Shown here: positions 49,790-63,752 of the stretch, piece by piece
Position numbering within the stretch: the first letter of the stretch is position 1
Layout of the letters: each line of letters starts with the position of its first letter
Position numbers and translations under genes: made by a program
The notes under the pieces: generated by a model
Told to the model about the DNA's origin: nothing
What the model saw: the letters and a program-made list of their open reading frames with translations, nothing else
Database searches by the model: none
NCBI RefSeq assembly: GCF_036365525.1
Contig: NC_090380.1
Location: 71,971,757 to 72,035,756 of the forward strand
Reading direction: 5' to 3'
DNA from: Heterodontus francisci
Taxonomy: Eukaryota
DNA length: 64,000 bases

Positions 49790-51445
49790 AAAAAAAGCTA
49801 GTTTTAGTAATGTTGACTATGAAGCCATTGTCGATTATCGTAAAAAACCCATCTGGTTCAGTAATGTCCTTTAGGGAAGGTAATCTGCTGTCCTCACCTG
49901 ATCCAGCCTACATGTGACTCCAAACACACTGCAATGTTGCTGACTCTTAACTGCTCTCTGAAATGGCCTAGCAAGCCACGCAGTTGTTCCAAACCGCTAG
50001 AGAAAAGTTTAAAAGGAATGAAACCAGACGGACCATCTGGCATTGACCTCGGCACTGGAAACGATAATGGTACACTTAGCCCTGTCGCCCTGCAAATTCC
50101 TCCTCGCTAACATGTGGGGGCTTGTACTAAAATTGGGAGAGCTGTCCCACATTCTCTCAGAATCATACCTTACAAAGTCCCAGATATCACCACCACCATC
50201 CTTGGGTATGGTCCTGTCCCACTGGCAGAGATGGTGGCACAGTGATATACAGTTGGCAGGGAATTGCCCTGGGAGTCCTCAACATTGACTGCAGACCCCA
50301 TGAAGTCTCATGGGGTCAAACATGGGCAAGGAAACCACCTGCTGATTACCACCTACAGCAACACAACCCCCGCCCCCCCCCCCCCACCTCAGCTGATGAA
50401 TCGGTACTCCTCCACATTGAACAAGACTTGGAAGAAGCACTGAGGATGGCAAGGGTACAAAATGTACTCTAGGTGGGGAACTTCAATGTCTATCACCAAG
50501 AGTGGCTCAGTAGCACCAGAATTGACTGAGCTGGCCGAGTCCTAAAGACCATAGCTGCTAGACTGGGTCTGTGGCAGGTGGTGAGGGAGCCAAAAAGAGG
50601 GAAAATCCTACTTGACTTTGACCTCATCCTCACCAATCTAGCTGTCGAAGATGCATCTGTCCATGACAGGATATGTAGGAATGACCACTGCACAATCCTT
50701 GTGGAGAAGTCGTCCCGTCTTCACATTGAGGATACCCTCCATCATGTGTGGCACTACCATCGTGCTCAATGGGATAGATTTCGAACAGATCTAGCAACTC
50801 AAAACTGGGCATCCATGAGGCGCTGTGGGCCATCAGCAGCACAATTGTACTCAACCACAATCCGTAACCTCATGGCCCGGCATATCCCCCACTCTACCAT
50901 GACCATCAAGCTGGGGGATCAACCCTGGTTCAATGAAGAGTGCAGGAGGGCATGCCAGGAGCAACGCCAGGCATATCTAAAAATGAGGTGTCAACCTTGT
51001 GAAGCTACAACACAGGACTACATGCGTGCCAAACAGTGTAAGCAGCATGCACGAGACATAGCTAAGCAATCCCACAACAAACAGATCAGATCTAAGCTCT
51101 GCAGTCCTGCCACATCCAGCCGTGAATGGTGGTGGACAATTAAACAACTAACAGGAGGAGGAAGATCCACAAATATCCCCATCCTCAATGATGGGGGAGC
51201 CCAGCACATCAGTGCAAAAGACAGGACATTTGCAACCATCGTCAGCCAGAAGTGTCGAATGGATGATCCATCTCGGCCTCCTGAAGTCCCCAGCATTGCT
51301 AGTCTTCAGCCAATTTGATTCACTCTACGTGATATCAAGAAATGGCTGAAGGCACTGGATACTGCAAAGGCTATGGACCCTGACAACATTCTGCAATAGT
51401 ACTGAAGACTTGTGCTCCCGAACTGGCTGCACTCCTAGCCAAGCT
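49790..51445 (+). mobile_element. Family-B CR1-group LINE, 5' region plus APE endonuclease, 3'-truncated
   Basis: LANMWGL..LSESYL, GNFN, DLILTN..NDHC, PWFN; same family as 1-1053. Confidence 0.88.
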
Positions 51446-53968
51446 AAGCATTGGCAGCAACTGGACCTAGTCATCCTGAGGAGGTATGATCTACTTAGTG
51501 TTCCTCACACCCGAACCTATCACAGTGCAGATTGCGACACCGACCACTCTATTATCAGAAGCAGAGTGAAGGTGCATCCCCAAAAGTTCCACAGCTCCAA
51601 ACACTATAGCCCACCACACATCAACATCCCTTGCATAAGCGATGATACCAAATACCAGTGCTTTGCACAGTTACTAGAACGCTTGCTACCCACCAAAGCC
51701 TTAACGGGAAGCACCAATACTACACTCAATCATCTATGAAGCAGTAGAAGCAACATTTGGTAAGGCAGAACCTGCAACAAGTGTTGGTTTGAGACCTACT
51801 CAGTTGAGATGATAGCTGTCATTGATGCAAAAAACAAAGCTCAACAGATGCACAACATAAACCCAACATCTAAGGCACTGCACAACCTGAAAGTAGCCAA
51901 GACAGCTGTGCAAAGGACAGGGAGATAAAGCACAAACAAACACTGGAACAGCTTATGTCAAGAAAGCCAAACTGCATGTGATGAAGGAAATCTACGAGCT
52001 ATGTATGAAGGGATCAAGAGAGCGCTTGGCCCTGCCATCACCAAGGTTGTTCCTCTGAAGTTGGCAGATGGTGAATTACTCATCAACAGAAGTAAACCGA
52101 TGTCCTGCTGGGCAGAACACTGTTGTGAGCTGTACTCCTGTGAGTTGGATATCTGCCAGTCTGTGCTCGATGCTCTCTCACAATTTCTTGTCATGGCTGA
52201 ATTAGATGAAGAAACCTCATCACTGGAGCTTGAGAAGGCTGTAGACCACCTAGAGAACAGAAGGGCACTTGGCAAGGACGGAATCCCAGCCAAGCTGCTC
52301 AAGCATGGAAAATCCCATCTATTGCCACACCTTTATGACCTTCTCCTTCTCTGCTGTAAAGTAGGCTCTGTTCCACAGGAGATACATGACGCCAAAATCA
52401 TCACACTATACAAAAGCAAAGGCGACAGAGGAGACTGCAACAACTACAGGGGCATCTCACTCCTTAGCACCACAAGGAAGGCTTTGGTTAGGATCATACT
52501 TAAAAGACTCCATTTACTTCAGCCCGCGTATACCCAGAACTACAATGCGGTTTCCATGCCGGCAGATCAACTGTGGACAAAATCTTCTCCATAATCCAGC
52601 AACAAGAGAAGTGTAGGGAACAGAGATACATAGATCTCACTAAGACATTCGACACTGTCAGTAGTGCAGGGTTCTACAAGATTTTGGGGAAAATTGGCTG
52701 TCCACCGAAGCTCCTCAGTCTCATTTGCTCCTTCCATGACAACATGTACTGCACTGAACAGTTTGATGGCTCCACTTCTGACTCTTTTGAATGAAGAATG
52801 GAGTGAAACAGGGTTGTGTCCTCGCCCCCAGTCTGTTTGGCATCTTCTTCTCCATGCTCCTGACCTTTGCCTTCCCTGCAGATATGGAAGGAGTCTACTT
52901 GCACACTAGGTCAGACGTCCAGCTCTACAATCTATCAAAGCTGAAAGCAAAGACAAAAACACATCACGTCCTGATCACAGAACTCCTCTACACTGATGAT
53001 GCTGCGCAAGTTGCTCATGGAAACTCAGCTACAAAGACTCATGGACTGTCTCTTCTATGCCTGTAACTTGCTCTCCTTGACTATAAGTGTAAAGAAAACC
53101 ATGGTCATGGGACAAGATGTTGCATCTCCTCCCCTGATCACACAAACTAACACCCACTGGAAGTGGTTAGCAAACCGAGTCCATGGTGACAGACAATCTG
53201 TCCCTTGATGCAAAGCTCAATACACGCATAGGGAAAGCAGCTACCACCTTTTGCCAACTCGCGAAATACGCATGGGGTAACACCAAGCTGACCCTTAGGA
53301 CCAAGCTAATGGTTTATAAGGCCTGTGTTCTCAGCACCTTGCTGTATGGCTGTGAAACATGGGCAACTTACAGCTACCAGGAAAAGAAGCTCAATAATTT
53401 CGATCTTTGCAGTCTGCAGCGTATTATGGGTATATTCTGGCAGGACAAAATCACAAATGCGGCAGTCCTCACAAAGGCAGAGCTCCCAAGTGTGTTGGCA
53501 CTAATTAAACAGAGGCGGCCTCAGTGGATTCAATACATCTGCAGGATGAAAGACGGTCGCATACTCGAGGACGTTCTGTATGGTGAGGTGGCCGGGGCCA
53601 GACGACCAGTGGGGCACCCAAAACCCCACTTCAAAGATGCTTGCAAGCGTGCTCTGAAGGCCCTTTATGTTGACTACCACACTTGGGAGTCACTAGCTGG
53701 CGAAAGAGGGAAATGGCAACACAGTCTGTGGACTAGCATGCACTACCACAATGACCAGTGACTACAGCAGCTTGGCAACAGGTGACAACACCGAAAACAA
53801 CAACTCACAGCATCACTTGGCAGCTTCATGTGCGGCACTAGTGGCAGAACCTGCCACTCAATGATTGGCCTGACTGTCATCAGCAAGGTTGCACCAAACG
53901 AAGACACCCCACCTAAATAGACTGTTTGCTGCATGCCCATCATCTTTTGTAGATGGAAGGATGCCAAC
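51446..53968 (+). mobile_element. RTE-clade LINE, 5'-truncated, decayed
   Basis: HWQQLDLV..SADCDTDH, GKDGIPA, DCNNYRGISLLS, GVKQGCVLAPSLF, LLYTDD, RIGKAATTF, LLYGCETW. Confidence 0.92.
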
Positions 53969-54274
53969 ATTTGATGGTCATAAGAGTATGGTGGACCAAT
54001 AAGCTTGTGAAAAATGAGCAAGCAATATGGGTGTATTCTTTTTGTAGAGAGTACCTGCATATTACATCAGGTCCCATTGACTTTACAAATCTTCAAGCAC
54101 TGCAAAGAGAAGTGCACTGCATGAAGGCAGGATGTGTTGCATTTTAAGGTTTTGCTAAGATATTTCAGATCTGCACCAAAACGAGCCCGTGTTTCTGACC
54201 AGTTGTATTGTGATCTGATGTTGCACAACATCTGGAAATGTAGCATCACCTAGCTGTCCGACAGAAAGACAATA

Positions 54275-54357
54275 CTGTAAAACAAAATGCCAAAAACTGC
54301 AGATGCTGGAAATCTGAAATAAAAACAGAAAATGCTGGAAACACACAGCAGGTCAGG
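54275..54357 (-). mobile_element. Penelope terminal-repeat fragment
   Basis: actgcagatgctggaaatctgaaataaaaacagaaaatgctggaa... Confidence 0.75.
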
Positions 54358-54509
54358 CACCCGAGAACTGATTTCTGGCTTGGACATCATCCACTCTCTA
54401 TAAAATGTTTGAGACTGAGATTTCCCACAGGGTGAGTCAAGTGACAATGGCATGCAAGAAGTCTTACTCCCATTTTTCTGATGGCAGAGCAGTATTGTGT
54501 TTTTTGTAA

Positions 54510-55800
54510 CTTCTAAGGGTAGATAAAGGGAAGCCAATAGATGTAGCATACTTCGATTTCCAAAAGGCATTCGATAAGATGCCACACAAAGGTTTATTAC
54601 TCAAGATGGTAGGGAATATGGGATTAATGTAGGATTAGTATAAATGGGTGGTTGTTGGTCGGCACAGACTCGGTGGGCCGAAGGGCCTGTTTCAGTGCTG
54701 TATCTCTAAATAAAATAAATAAAGACAAGGGCTGATGGGGGGGTGGGGTTGGGAGTAATATACTCGCATAGATAGAGGATTGGTTAATGAACAGGAAGCA
54801 GAGAGTAGGGATAAGTGGGACATTTTCAAGTTGGCAGACTGTGACTAGTGGGACACCACAAGTACCAGTGCTGGGCCCTCAGCTATTTACAATCAACAAC
54901 TTAGCTGAAGCGACAGAACGTAATGTATCCAAGTTTGCTGATGATAAGAAGCTAGGCGGGAAAGTAAGCTGTGTGGAGGACACAATGAGGCTGCACAGGG
55001 ATATAGGCAGAGTAAGTGAGTGAGCAACAAGGTGGCAGATGGAGTATAATTTGGAGAAGTGTGAGCTTATTCACTTTGGTGAGAAGAATAGAAAATTAGA
55101 GTTTTTTAAATGGCAAGTAACTTTTAAATGTTCATGTTCAGAGAGAATTTGGTTTACTCGTACAAAGAGCACAGAAAATTAGCATACAGGTATGGCAAGT
55201 AATTCGCAAGGCAAAGGACATGTTGGCCTTTATTGCAAGGAGATTGAAGTACAGTTGTACAGGGCTTTGTTGAGACCACATCTGGAGTACTGTGCACAGA
55301 TTTGGTCTCCTTATCTGATTAAGGATATACTTGCCTTGAAGATGATGCAGTGAAGGTTCACTAGGTTATTCCTGAGATGAGACGGTTTTCCTATGAGGAG
55401 TGATTGAGTAGAATGTGCCTGTATTCTCTGGAGTTTAGAAGAATGAGAGGTGATCTCATCGAAACTTAAAAGATTCTGAGAAGGCATGACAGGGTAGATG
55501 CTGAAAGGTTGTTTCCCCTGGCTGGAGAGTCTAGAATACAGGGGCATAATCTCAGGATAAGGGTCAATCATTTAAGACAGAGATCAGGAAGAATTTCTTC
55601 ACTCAGAGGTTTGTTGATCTTTAGAATTATGGATGCTCGGTCATTGAGTATATTCAAGGCTGAGTTAGACAGATTTTTGGACTCTAGGGGAATCGAGGGA
55701 TATAGGGATCATGCAGGAAAGTGGAGTTGAGGTTAAAGATTAGCCATGATCTTACTGAATGGCAGAGCAGGCCTACTCGTGCTCCTATTTATTATGTTCT
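54510..55800 (+). mobile_element. 5'-truncated CR1 LINE, decayed
   Basis: DFQKAFDK, VLGPQLFTI, SKFADD; CR1 tail; same subfamily as 3968-5779. Confidence 0.88.
54607..54723 (+). mobile_element. 3' part of HE1-type SINE nested in CR1
   Basis: Near-identical to 24142-24255; (TAAA)n tail; flanked by aagat/aagac. Confidence 0.8.
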
Positions 55801-58070
55801 GAAGCCTGCAGTAATGCAGTTAAAATGGCCAGTCACATAAATATAAAAAATATATGAATTTACACTGTGATAAAGTTCCTGTTGTTAAATTACAGCTACT
55901 TCCCTGTTGACATCAGATGTTTGTGTCAAATATAGTTGAAGAATAGTGCCCTCTTTATATTGTAAAACTGCTTCTAAGGAATGATTCCATTATGGCCCAA
56001 GGCTGCCAGTGCTGTGAAATCTGCTCCTTTCATGTTGTGTGCTGGATTTCACAGCACCAGATTAACAAACAAATAACTGTACATATCTGAAAGTTGCTAT
56101 TCACTTTGTTGCTGACCCCTGAACCTTTCCTGATGACTGGGAATAGTCTGTGCTGACCGGCCAGCATTACTGGGGGAATGCCTCTTCCTCCAGTTCAGGG
56201 TATTTAAATTTGCCAGTTATGGTCCGCTGTCTCTAGTGGTAGGCTGAGTTGCTGCCTCACCTATTTTGCAAAGACGCCACCAAACATAGGACTTCCATCA
56301 GTGGTGGTGCGCTGAAGGAGGCAAAACTGAGATCAGTAATCTACCTTGTTCTATGTGGAAGTGTCCTGGTGCCTTCACAAGTTGATTAGTGGTGAGTTTG
56401 GCAGCATCTGGTTCATGTATAAACTCAGAAATGCTGACAAGTAATGAATGGCTACTACAAATAATCTGCTTAATAATTCAAAACTATTTGAACATAATTA
56501 CTATGTTAACCAAATAATTAGTTCAAAAACTTGATGCTGACATTTATTTAAATAACCTCCTACCTTCAATTTATCTCAAAATAATTGAATTAAAAAAAAA
56601 CATTTTTTCAGCTGGGCTCATGCACATTAACTTTGAATAGTTAGCAATTATGAAGATGCTTTTTTTATTAGCGGCATGCAAAGAATCTAAATTAAAATGA
56701 ATGTCATTGAAAATAAGTAACAGTTTGCATATAACTCCCAATCTGAGTTCACTGTTTATCACTGCTAACCATCTACAACTATAATACTCAGATCACAATC
56801 TATTATTTTTATTCCAGATAAATTGAGTTCTTAATGGCAGTTGTTGCAAGTTAGATAAGAATAGTTTAAACACTGCTTCAGAATAACAAGGATGTCATGA
56901 ATTTTTAACCATTGAATTTGCACTGTATTAAAAATACATTATTGAACCCACAATTAACTGATAACAGCTCTTAACAGAGTTTAATCTTTTACACTCTTTT
57001 GAAAATGTTACCCAACTTGAAATCCTGGCGAACATTAGGTCTCAAAAGGGCTGTTGATATCCATTTCAACCTGTGTAAAAATTGGATGTTTGACTATATT
57101 GGAATGATTGTGACCATTAAAGCCCAACAAGCGCTGCTGACACGAATCTGACCTCCATGGTTGTGCCAGAAATGGGAGCTGCTCAACATTCATCTCTATA
57201 AAGTTTTACATAATGGCAGCAAATAAGCTTGATGCATATTTCTTCTGGTGTTGAACTTTTTCTCAGTGTCATTGCCAAGACCTCTGTCACCAGAACAGAA
57301 TACACATTATACAGTGATATTTTGAAACACAGCCTTTAATCCTCCAGGTTTTTGTGCTCCCAGCACATGGCAGGGATTGTCCTCATCAAAGTTATTGTTG
57401 GCAGGCACCTTTGTAGACTTAGAAGATCGATTACCTGGAAAGAGATATCGGTTAGAACACACAGATCTGTCCTGTTCTTCGCAAGCTGATGACTGATGAT
57501 GTTCACTACAGCCTATAATGTTTATCTAATGTCTGGACCCAGACAAATAATACATAATCCACAAAAGCATCAATGTATTCTGATGGTTAATTTGTTTTTG
57601 CATCAGTTTTGTTCAGTGAGCTCACATTGGTACAGACAGGAGCTGAGGCTGTGCTCCATGCAACTTCGTGATGACAGAAAACAACTGCATCTCTTTATGG
57701 CCAATTTCCGAGCTGTTTATATGTCCTCATGGGAAGGTTAACTTGTGATGTGGGGGATGGTTTAAGCTGATAGGGTAGGGGATGGGTACCACGATGAAAC
57801 ATTAGAGAGGAGAAACAAGGTTCACAGAGGACTGTAAGAGACAAATAACACTAGAGAAAAAATAGTTCAGAAATTGGAGGAATCAGGCAGGGGGAAAATG
57901 CAAAACAGTCTAAGGTTGGAGTGCATGCATTTAAATGCACGGAGCATGATAAATACTGTTGGTGAACTGCCGGCACAATTTGCTGCATGGGGCTAGGACA
58001 TAGTGGCAGTAACAAGTACCTGGCTCAAAGAAGAGGAAGATTGGTGATTTAATATTCCTGGCTACAAGGT

Positions 58071-60225
58071 ACAACAACAATAACTTTGTATTTATTGTCG
58101 TACATGGAAGGAACCTTGATGAAATAAACAATGAAATAGAAGAATTGTGAATTTAAAAAGTCAACTGTTAAACAAAACCACAAGAACATGGACACTTGTA
58201 CCACAGTCAAATGGAGTAGTGATCACATGACCCCTCCTATACTGGAAATCAACAAACCTGTCTACAGGAATGGAATTCGTTAACCTCGTCTGAAACAGCT
58301 CTTGGGAGAACCCCTTTGAAGTTGAAAAGAGCACTATTGCCTATTAATGACACTTATCAGCATGAATGAACTAACAAAGGATTCTGCAAACATAGAAACA
58401 TAGGAGCAGGATTAAGCCATTCAGCCTGTCGAGCCTGCTGAGTCATTCAATTAGATTGTGGCTGATCATCTACCTCAACGCCACTTGCCCGTGCTATCCC
58501 AATATCTCTTGATTTCATTAGCATCCAGATATCCATCAATTTCTGTCTGGAACATGCTCAATGATTGAGCTTCCAGAGCGACAGATGGATTCACAGCACA
58601 AACCAAAATTGAATAGGTGAGCAATAACACTGTGTTAACAGAAGCATCCCCAATCAGACATCAATTGATAGCCATGGTCTCCACATCCTAGTCCATTGTG
58701 TGGTCATACCAGGGAAGAAGGCCATGTATCTCCTAACAGAAACTGTAATGTAATGTATTTTTGCCTTAAAAGGGTAACCCTCTGGAAAGAATGGAGATCA
58801 AGTCAACATCTTCATAGAACGATCCAGCCAGGGACTGTGAAAGAGATCCAACGAAACAAGGAAGAAGCCCTGCTGCCAATTCTACACTTCAGCTTGCTGC
58901 AGCAGAGAACTGAAAGTGATCAACACCTCCAGTCTGAAGCTTTAACCACAGAAAATCTACAACACCTCAACAATTTCAGGACTACAAACACCCAGGCCTG
59001 CTTTAAAAGAGACTGTCCTCCTGAGAAAATTCAACAGGTCTACCTTAAACCATGAACACCTACCTCACTTTGAACTTTAAACTACTTACCCATTTTCTCT
59101 CTATCTATCTATTCTTTTGTATGTGTGTGTGAGTGAATGTGTGCATGGGTGAGGTTGCAATCATTTCGGGGATTGTATAAAAATGAAGTTTTTTTTATAT
59201 ACACCTGTCATTTGTCTGTTTATTTGACTCAAAAGACACTCGGGCTAATGCAACATTTTAACAAAACATGATTGCGGTCAGTTGGGAGGTGAACAATGGG
59301 AACCAGCCACACCTCCCCCCACCCCCCCCCCCCCCCACCCCCCCACACACACACACCTTTCTACCTATCTGTAACATTATGTAGCATGTTTAATGTAATA
59401 AAACATCCCAAGGAACTTCATGGAGTGTTATAAAGTAAAATTTGACATCAAGACACTTAAGGCAATATTATGGCAGATAGCCAAAAGCTTGGTCAAAGAG
59501 GTAGGACCATCTTGAGGAAAGAGAAGTAGAGAGGCAGAGTGGTTTAGGGAAGGAATTTCAGAGGTTAGGGCCTAGGCAGCTGAAGTCACATCTAATAATG
59601 GTGGAGTGATTGAATTTGGGGATGTTCGGGAAATGTGAGAGACCGGTTAGATGTGTGTTGGATTAGTTAGGTCTAGAGACAACACGAGTTTCAGCAACAG
59701 ATGAGCAGAGTCAGGTGGTGTTACAGAGATGGAAATAGGCAGTCTTAGTGATGGTGCGGACATGTGGCCAGAAACCCATCTCAGGGTCAAATATGACACC
59801 AAGGTTGCGAGAAGTCTGGTTTAGTATCAGACTGTTACCAGGCAGAGGAAGGGAGTCAGTCGGTATGGAACAGAGTTTGGAGTAGGAACCGAAGACAATG
59901 GATTCTGTCTTTCCAATATTTAACTGGGGAAATTTCTGCTCATCCAACACTGATGTGCAACAAACAGTTTGATAATTTAGCAACATTGAAGGAGTCAAGA
60001 GAGGTGGTGGGTGAGGTACAGCAGGGTGTTGTCAGTGAACATGTAAAAACTAACGCCGTGATGATGTCACCGAGGGGCAATATGCAGATGAGAAATAGGA
60101 AGGGGCCAAAGATAGATCCTTGTGGGGCACCAGAGGTAATAGAGTGGAAGTGGAAAGAGAAGCCATTGCAAGTGATACTCTGCCTATGATTAAATAGATA
60201 AGAATGGAACCAAGCGAATGCAGTA
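58071..60225 (-). mobile_element. Decayed L2 LINE 3' portion, split by a solo LTR
   Basis: SGAPQGSIFGPFLF, LQLNIGKTE-like, RNLGVIFD; homologous to 47262-48340. Confidence 0.82.
58096..59376 (+). mobile_element. Solo LTR (contains a small antisense CR1 tail at ~58388-58577)
   Basis: TGTCG...GTAACA termini and exact TSD TTAT. Removing it restores the L2 3' end (..ttgtatttat|gtagc..tttaatgtaataaaacatcccaagg). Confidence 0.8.
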
Positions 60226-60804
60226 TTGTAAGATTTAGGTTTGGAAGTCATGATAGCCAAAGAAGGGAGGGGGGTGTTGAAGTCATAGGTGGTTTTAAAA
60301 TAGTTTATTAAGAAGCAGCAGTTTAAATATGATGATACATAAGCTAAATAGACAGAAAGGATATACGACCTGTAAGAGATCGAACAGATTACCAATCCCA
60401 GATTATACAGTGGGGCAGAATGGCATTGGCAGTCTCCCTGTTGGATGAGGCAGGTGAGGTGTTGATAGTTTCTTTGGTCCTTGGGGTCCTCAGTCTTCTC
60501 AAGCAAACCAAAGTGTTTGTCTGAAATTAGCATGATCCACTTTGAGAAGCTCTTTTCTATCCAAAGAAGACTGAAGATTTCCCTCCTGAGTACCTGTTTA
60601 TATACTTTCTTTCTAGGGGCTGGTACTTTACCTTATGTCAATCACTTGTTCGATTCCTATTGCCCAATCATCAAGGGACAGGTACTGAAAGTAAATGCCT
60701 CCCATCTATATCACTCTGTCCCAGAAGTCACCTTTCACCTTATCTTGTGCTTGGTATTGTTTGTAAGCTTCTGTCAGACACTTGTCCAGAGAGGGTACGA
60801 GGCT

Positions 60805-63752
60805 CCATCACCACCACCCAGTTCCCCCTGGCTGAACTTGTTCTCACATTGAACAATGTCTCCTTCAACTCCACTCACTTCCTTCAAGTAAAAGGTGTTT
60901 CTATGGGTCCCGCAAGGGTCCTAGTTATGCCTGTCTTTTTGTGGGATATGTCGAACATTCCTCGTTCCAGTCCTACTCAGGCCCCCTCCCCCAACTCTTT
61001 TTCCGGTACATTGATGCTAAGCACTTGCTTAGCAATAACCTGCTCAGTGACGCTCAGTTTGGGTTCCACCAGGGTCACTAAGCTCCTGACCTCATTACAG
61101 CCTTGGTTCAAACATGGACAAAAGAGCTGAACTCAAGAGGTAAGGTGAGAGTGACTGCCCTTGACATCAAGGCAGCATTTGACCGAGTATGGCATCAAGG
61201 AGCCCTAGCAAAACTGAGGTCAATGGGAATCAGGGGGAAAATGCTCCGCTGGCTGGAGTCATACCTAGCGCAAAGGAAGATGGTTGTGGTTGTTGGAGGT
61301 CAATCATCTGAGCTCCAGAACATCACTGCAGGAGTTCCTTAGGGTAGTGTCCTTGGCCCAACCATCATCAGCTGCTTCATCAGTGACCTTCCTTCAATCA
61401 TAAGGTCAGAAGTGGGGATGTTCGCGGATGATTGCACAATGTTCAGCACCATTCGTGACTCCTCAGATACTGAAGCAGTCCATGTAGAAATGCAACAAGA
61501 CCTGGACAATATCCAGGCTTGGGCTGTTAAGTGGCAAGTAACATTCGCGCCACACAAGTGCCAGGCAATGACCATCTCCAACGAGAGAGAATCTAACCAT
61601 CTCCCCTTGACATTCAACGGCATTACCATCGCTGAATCCCCCACTATCAACATCCTAGGGGTTACCATTGACCAGAAACTGAACTGGAGTAGCCATATGA
61701 ATACCGTGGCTACAAGAGCAGGTCAGAGGCTAGGAATCCTGAGGTGAGTAACTCACCTCCTGACTCCCCAAAGCCTGTCCACCATCTACAAGGCACAAGA
61801 CAGGAGTGTGATGGAATACTCTCCACTTGCCTGGATGGGTGCAGCTCCAACAACACTCAGGAAGCTCGACACCATCCAGGACAAAGCAGCCTGCTTGATT
61901 GGCACCCCATCTACAAACATTCACTCCCTCCACCACCGACGCACAGTGGCAGCAGTGTGTACCATCTACAAGATGCACTGCAGCAATGCACCAAGGCTCC
62001 TTAGACAGCACCTTACAAACCTGCGAACTCTACCAACTAGAAGGACAAGGGCAGCAAATACATGGGAACACCACCACCTGCAAGTGGTCACACACCATCC
62101 TGACTTGGAACTATATTGCCGTTCCTTCACTGTCGCTGGATCAAAATCCTGGAACTCCCTTCCTAACAGCACTGTGGGTATACCTACCCCAAATGGACTG
62201 CAGCGGTTCAAGAAGGCAGCTCACCACCACCTTCTCAAGGGCAATTAGGGATGGGCAATAAATGCTGGCCTGGCCAGCGTTGCCCACATCCCATGAATGA
62301 ATAATTTTTTTTTAAATGACTGTATCGGTGCCGTTTCCAGCTCCCGCCCCGAACTGGAAAACTTTATCAACTTTGCTTCCAATTTCCATCCTTCTCTCAC
62401 CTTTACATCGTCTATCTCGACACTTCCCTTCCCTTCCTCGACTTCTCTGTCTCCATCTCTGGGGATAGGCTGACCACTAATATTTATTACAAACCCACCA
62501 ACTCCCACAGCTACCTCGACTACACTTCTTCACACCCTGCCTCCTGTAAGGACTCCATTCCATTCTCCCAGTTTCTCCGTCTCCGACGTATCTGCTCTGA
62601 TGATGCAACCTTCAACAGTGCCTCTGATATGTCTTCCTTTATCCTCAACTGAGGATTCCCCCCTACTGTGGTTGATAGGGCCTTCAACCATGTCCGGCCC
62701 ATTTCCTTCACTTCTGCCCTCTCGCCTTCCCCTCTCTCCCAGAACCATGACAGGGTTCCCCTTGTCCTCACCTTCCACCCCACCAGCCTCCACGTCCAGA
62801 GGATCATCCTCTGCCATTTCCGCCACCAAACACATCTTCCCCTCCCCTCCTCTGTCAGCATTCCAAAGGGATTGTTCCCTCCGCAACACCCTGGTCCACT
62901 CCTCTATTACCCCCGACACCACGTCCCCTTACCATGGCACTTCCCCACGCAACCACAGGTGGTGTAATACCTGCCCTTTTACCTCCTCTCTCCTCAATAT
63001 CCAAGGCCCCAAACATTCCTTCCAGGTGAAGCAGCAATTCACTTGTACTTCTTTCAATTTAGTATACTGTATTCACTGCTCACAATACAGTCTCCTCTAC
63101 ATTGGGGAGACCAAACGCAGATTGGGTGACCACTTTGCTGAACACCGCTCAGTCCGAAAGCATGAATCCAAGCTTCCGGTTGCTTGCCATTTCAACACTG
63201 CCCCCTGCTCTCATGCCAATATTTCTGTCTTTGGCCTGCTCCAGTATTCCAGTGAACATCAATGTAGGCTCGAGGATCAGCACCTGATCTTTCGATTAGG
63301 CACTCTACAGCCTTGCGGATTGAACATTGAGTTCAATAACTTCGGAGGATGACTGGCCTTCTTTTAATATTTTATTTTTTAACCATGTGCCTGCTTTTCA
63401 TGTAGTCATTTAGCTGCTCATTTTTCCACTGTTAACACTCTCTCTGCACTAAGGCTTTGTCTTTCACCACAAGCATTAACAAACGCTTTGCCTTTGTCCC
63501 AGGACAGCTTTGTTATTTAATCATCCTCTGCCCAATCAAACACCTTCCCCTTTGTTCTATCCCCCACCCCCTCCCCTTCACTTGTTTAAAACCTAATTCA
63601 TTTCGAACCTTTTCCAGTTCTGATAAAAGGTCACAGACCTAAAAGGTTAACTTTGCTTCTCTCTCCACAGATGCTGCCTGACCTGCTGAGTTTTTCCAGA
63701 CACTGTTTGTTTTTGTTTCAGATTTCCAACATCTGCAGTATTTTGCTTTTTA
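60805..63752 (+). mobile_element. Penelope-like element (RT, GIY-YIG, terminal repeat), interrupted
   Basis: LAELVLTLNNVSFNSTHFLQVKGVSMG, FFRYID|DCIG, YYKPTNSHSYL, LYIGETKRRLGDHFAEH, GLNIEFNNF. Confidence 0.92.
61017..62315 (+). mobile_element. 5'-truncated family-B CR1-group LINE (RT plus 3' end)
   Basis: ALDIKAAFDRVWH, AGVP*GSVLGP, MFADD, ILGVTIDQKLNW; tail ..cccatgaatgaat. Confidence 0.92.
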
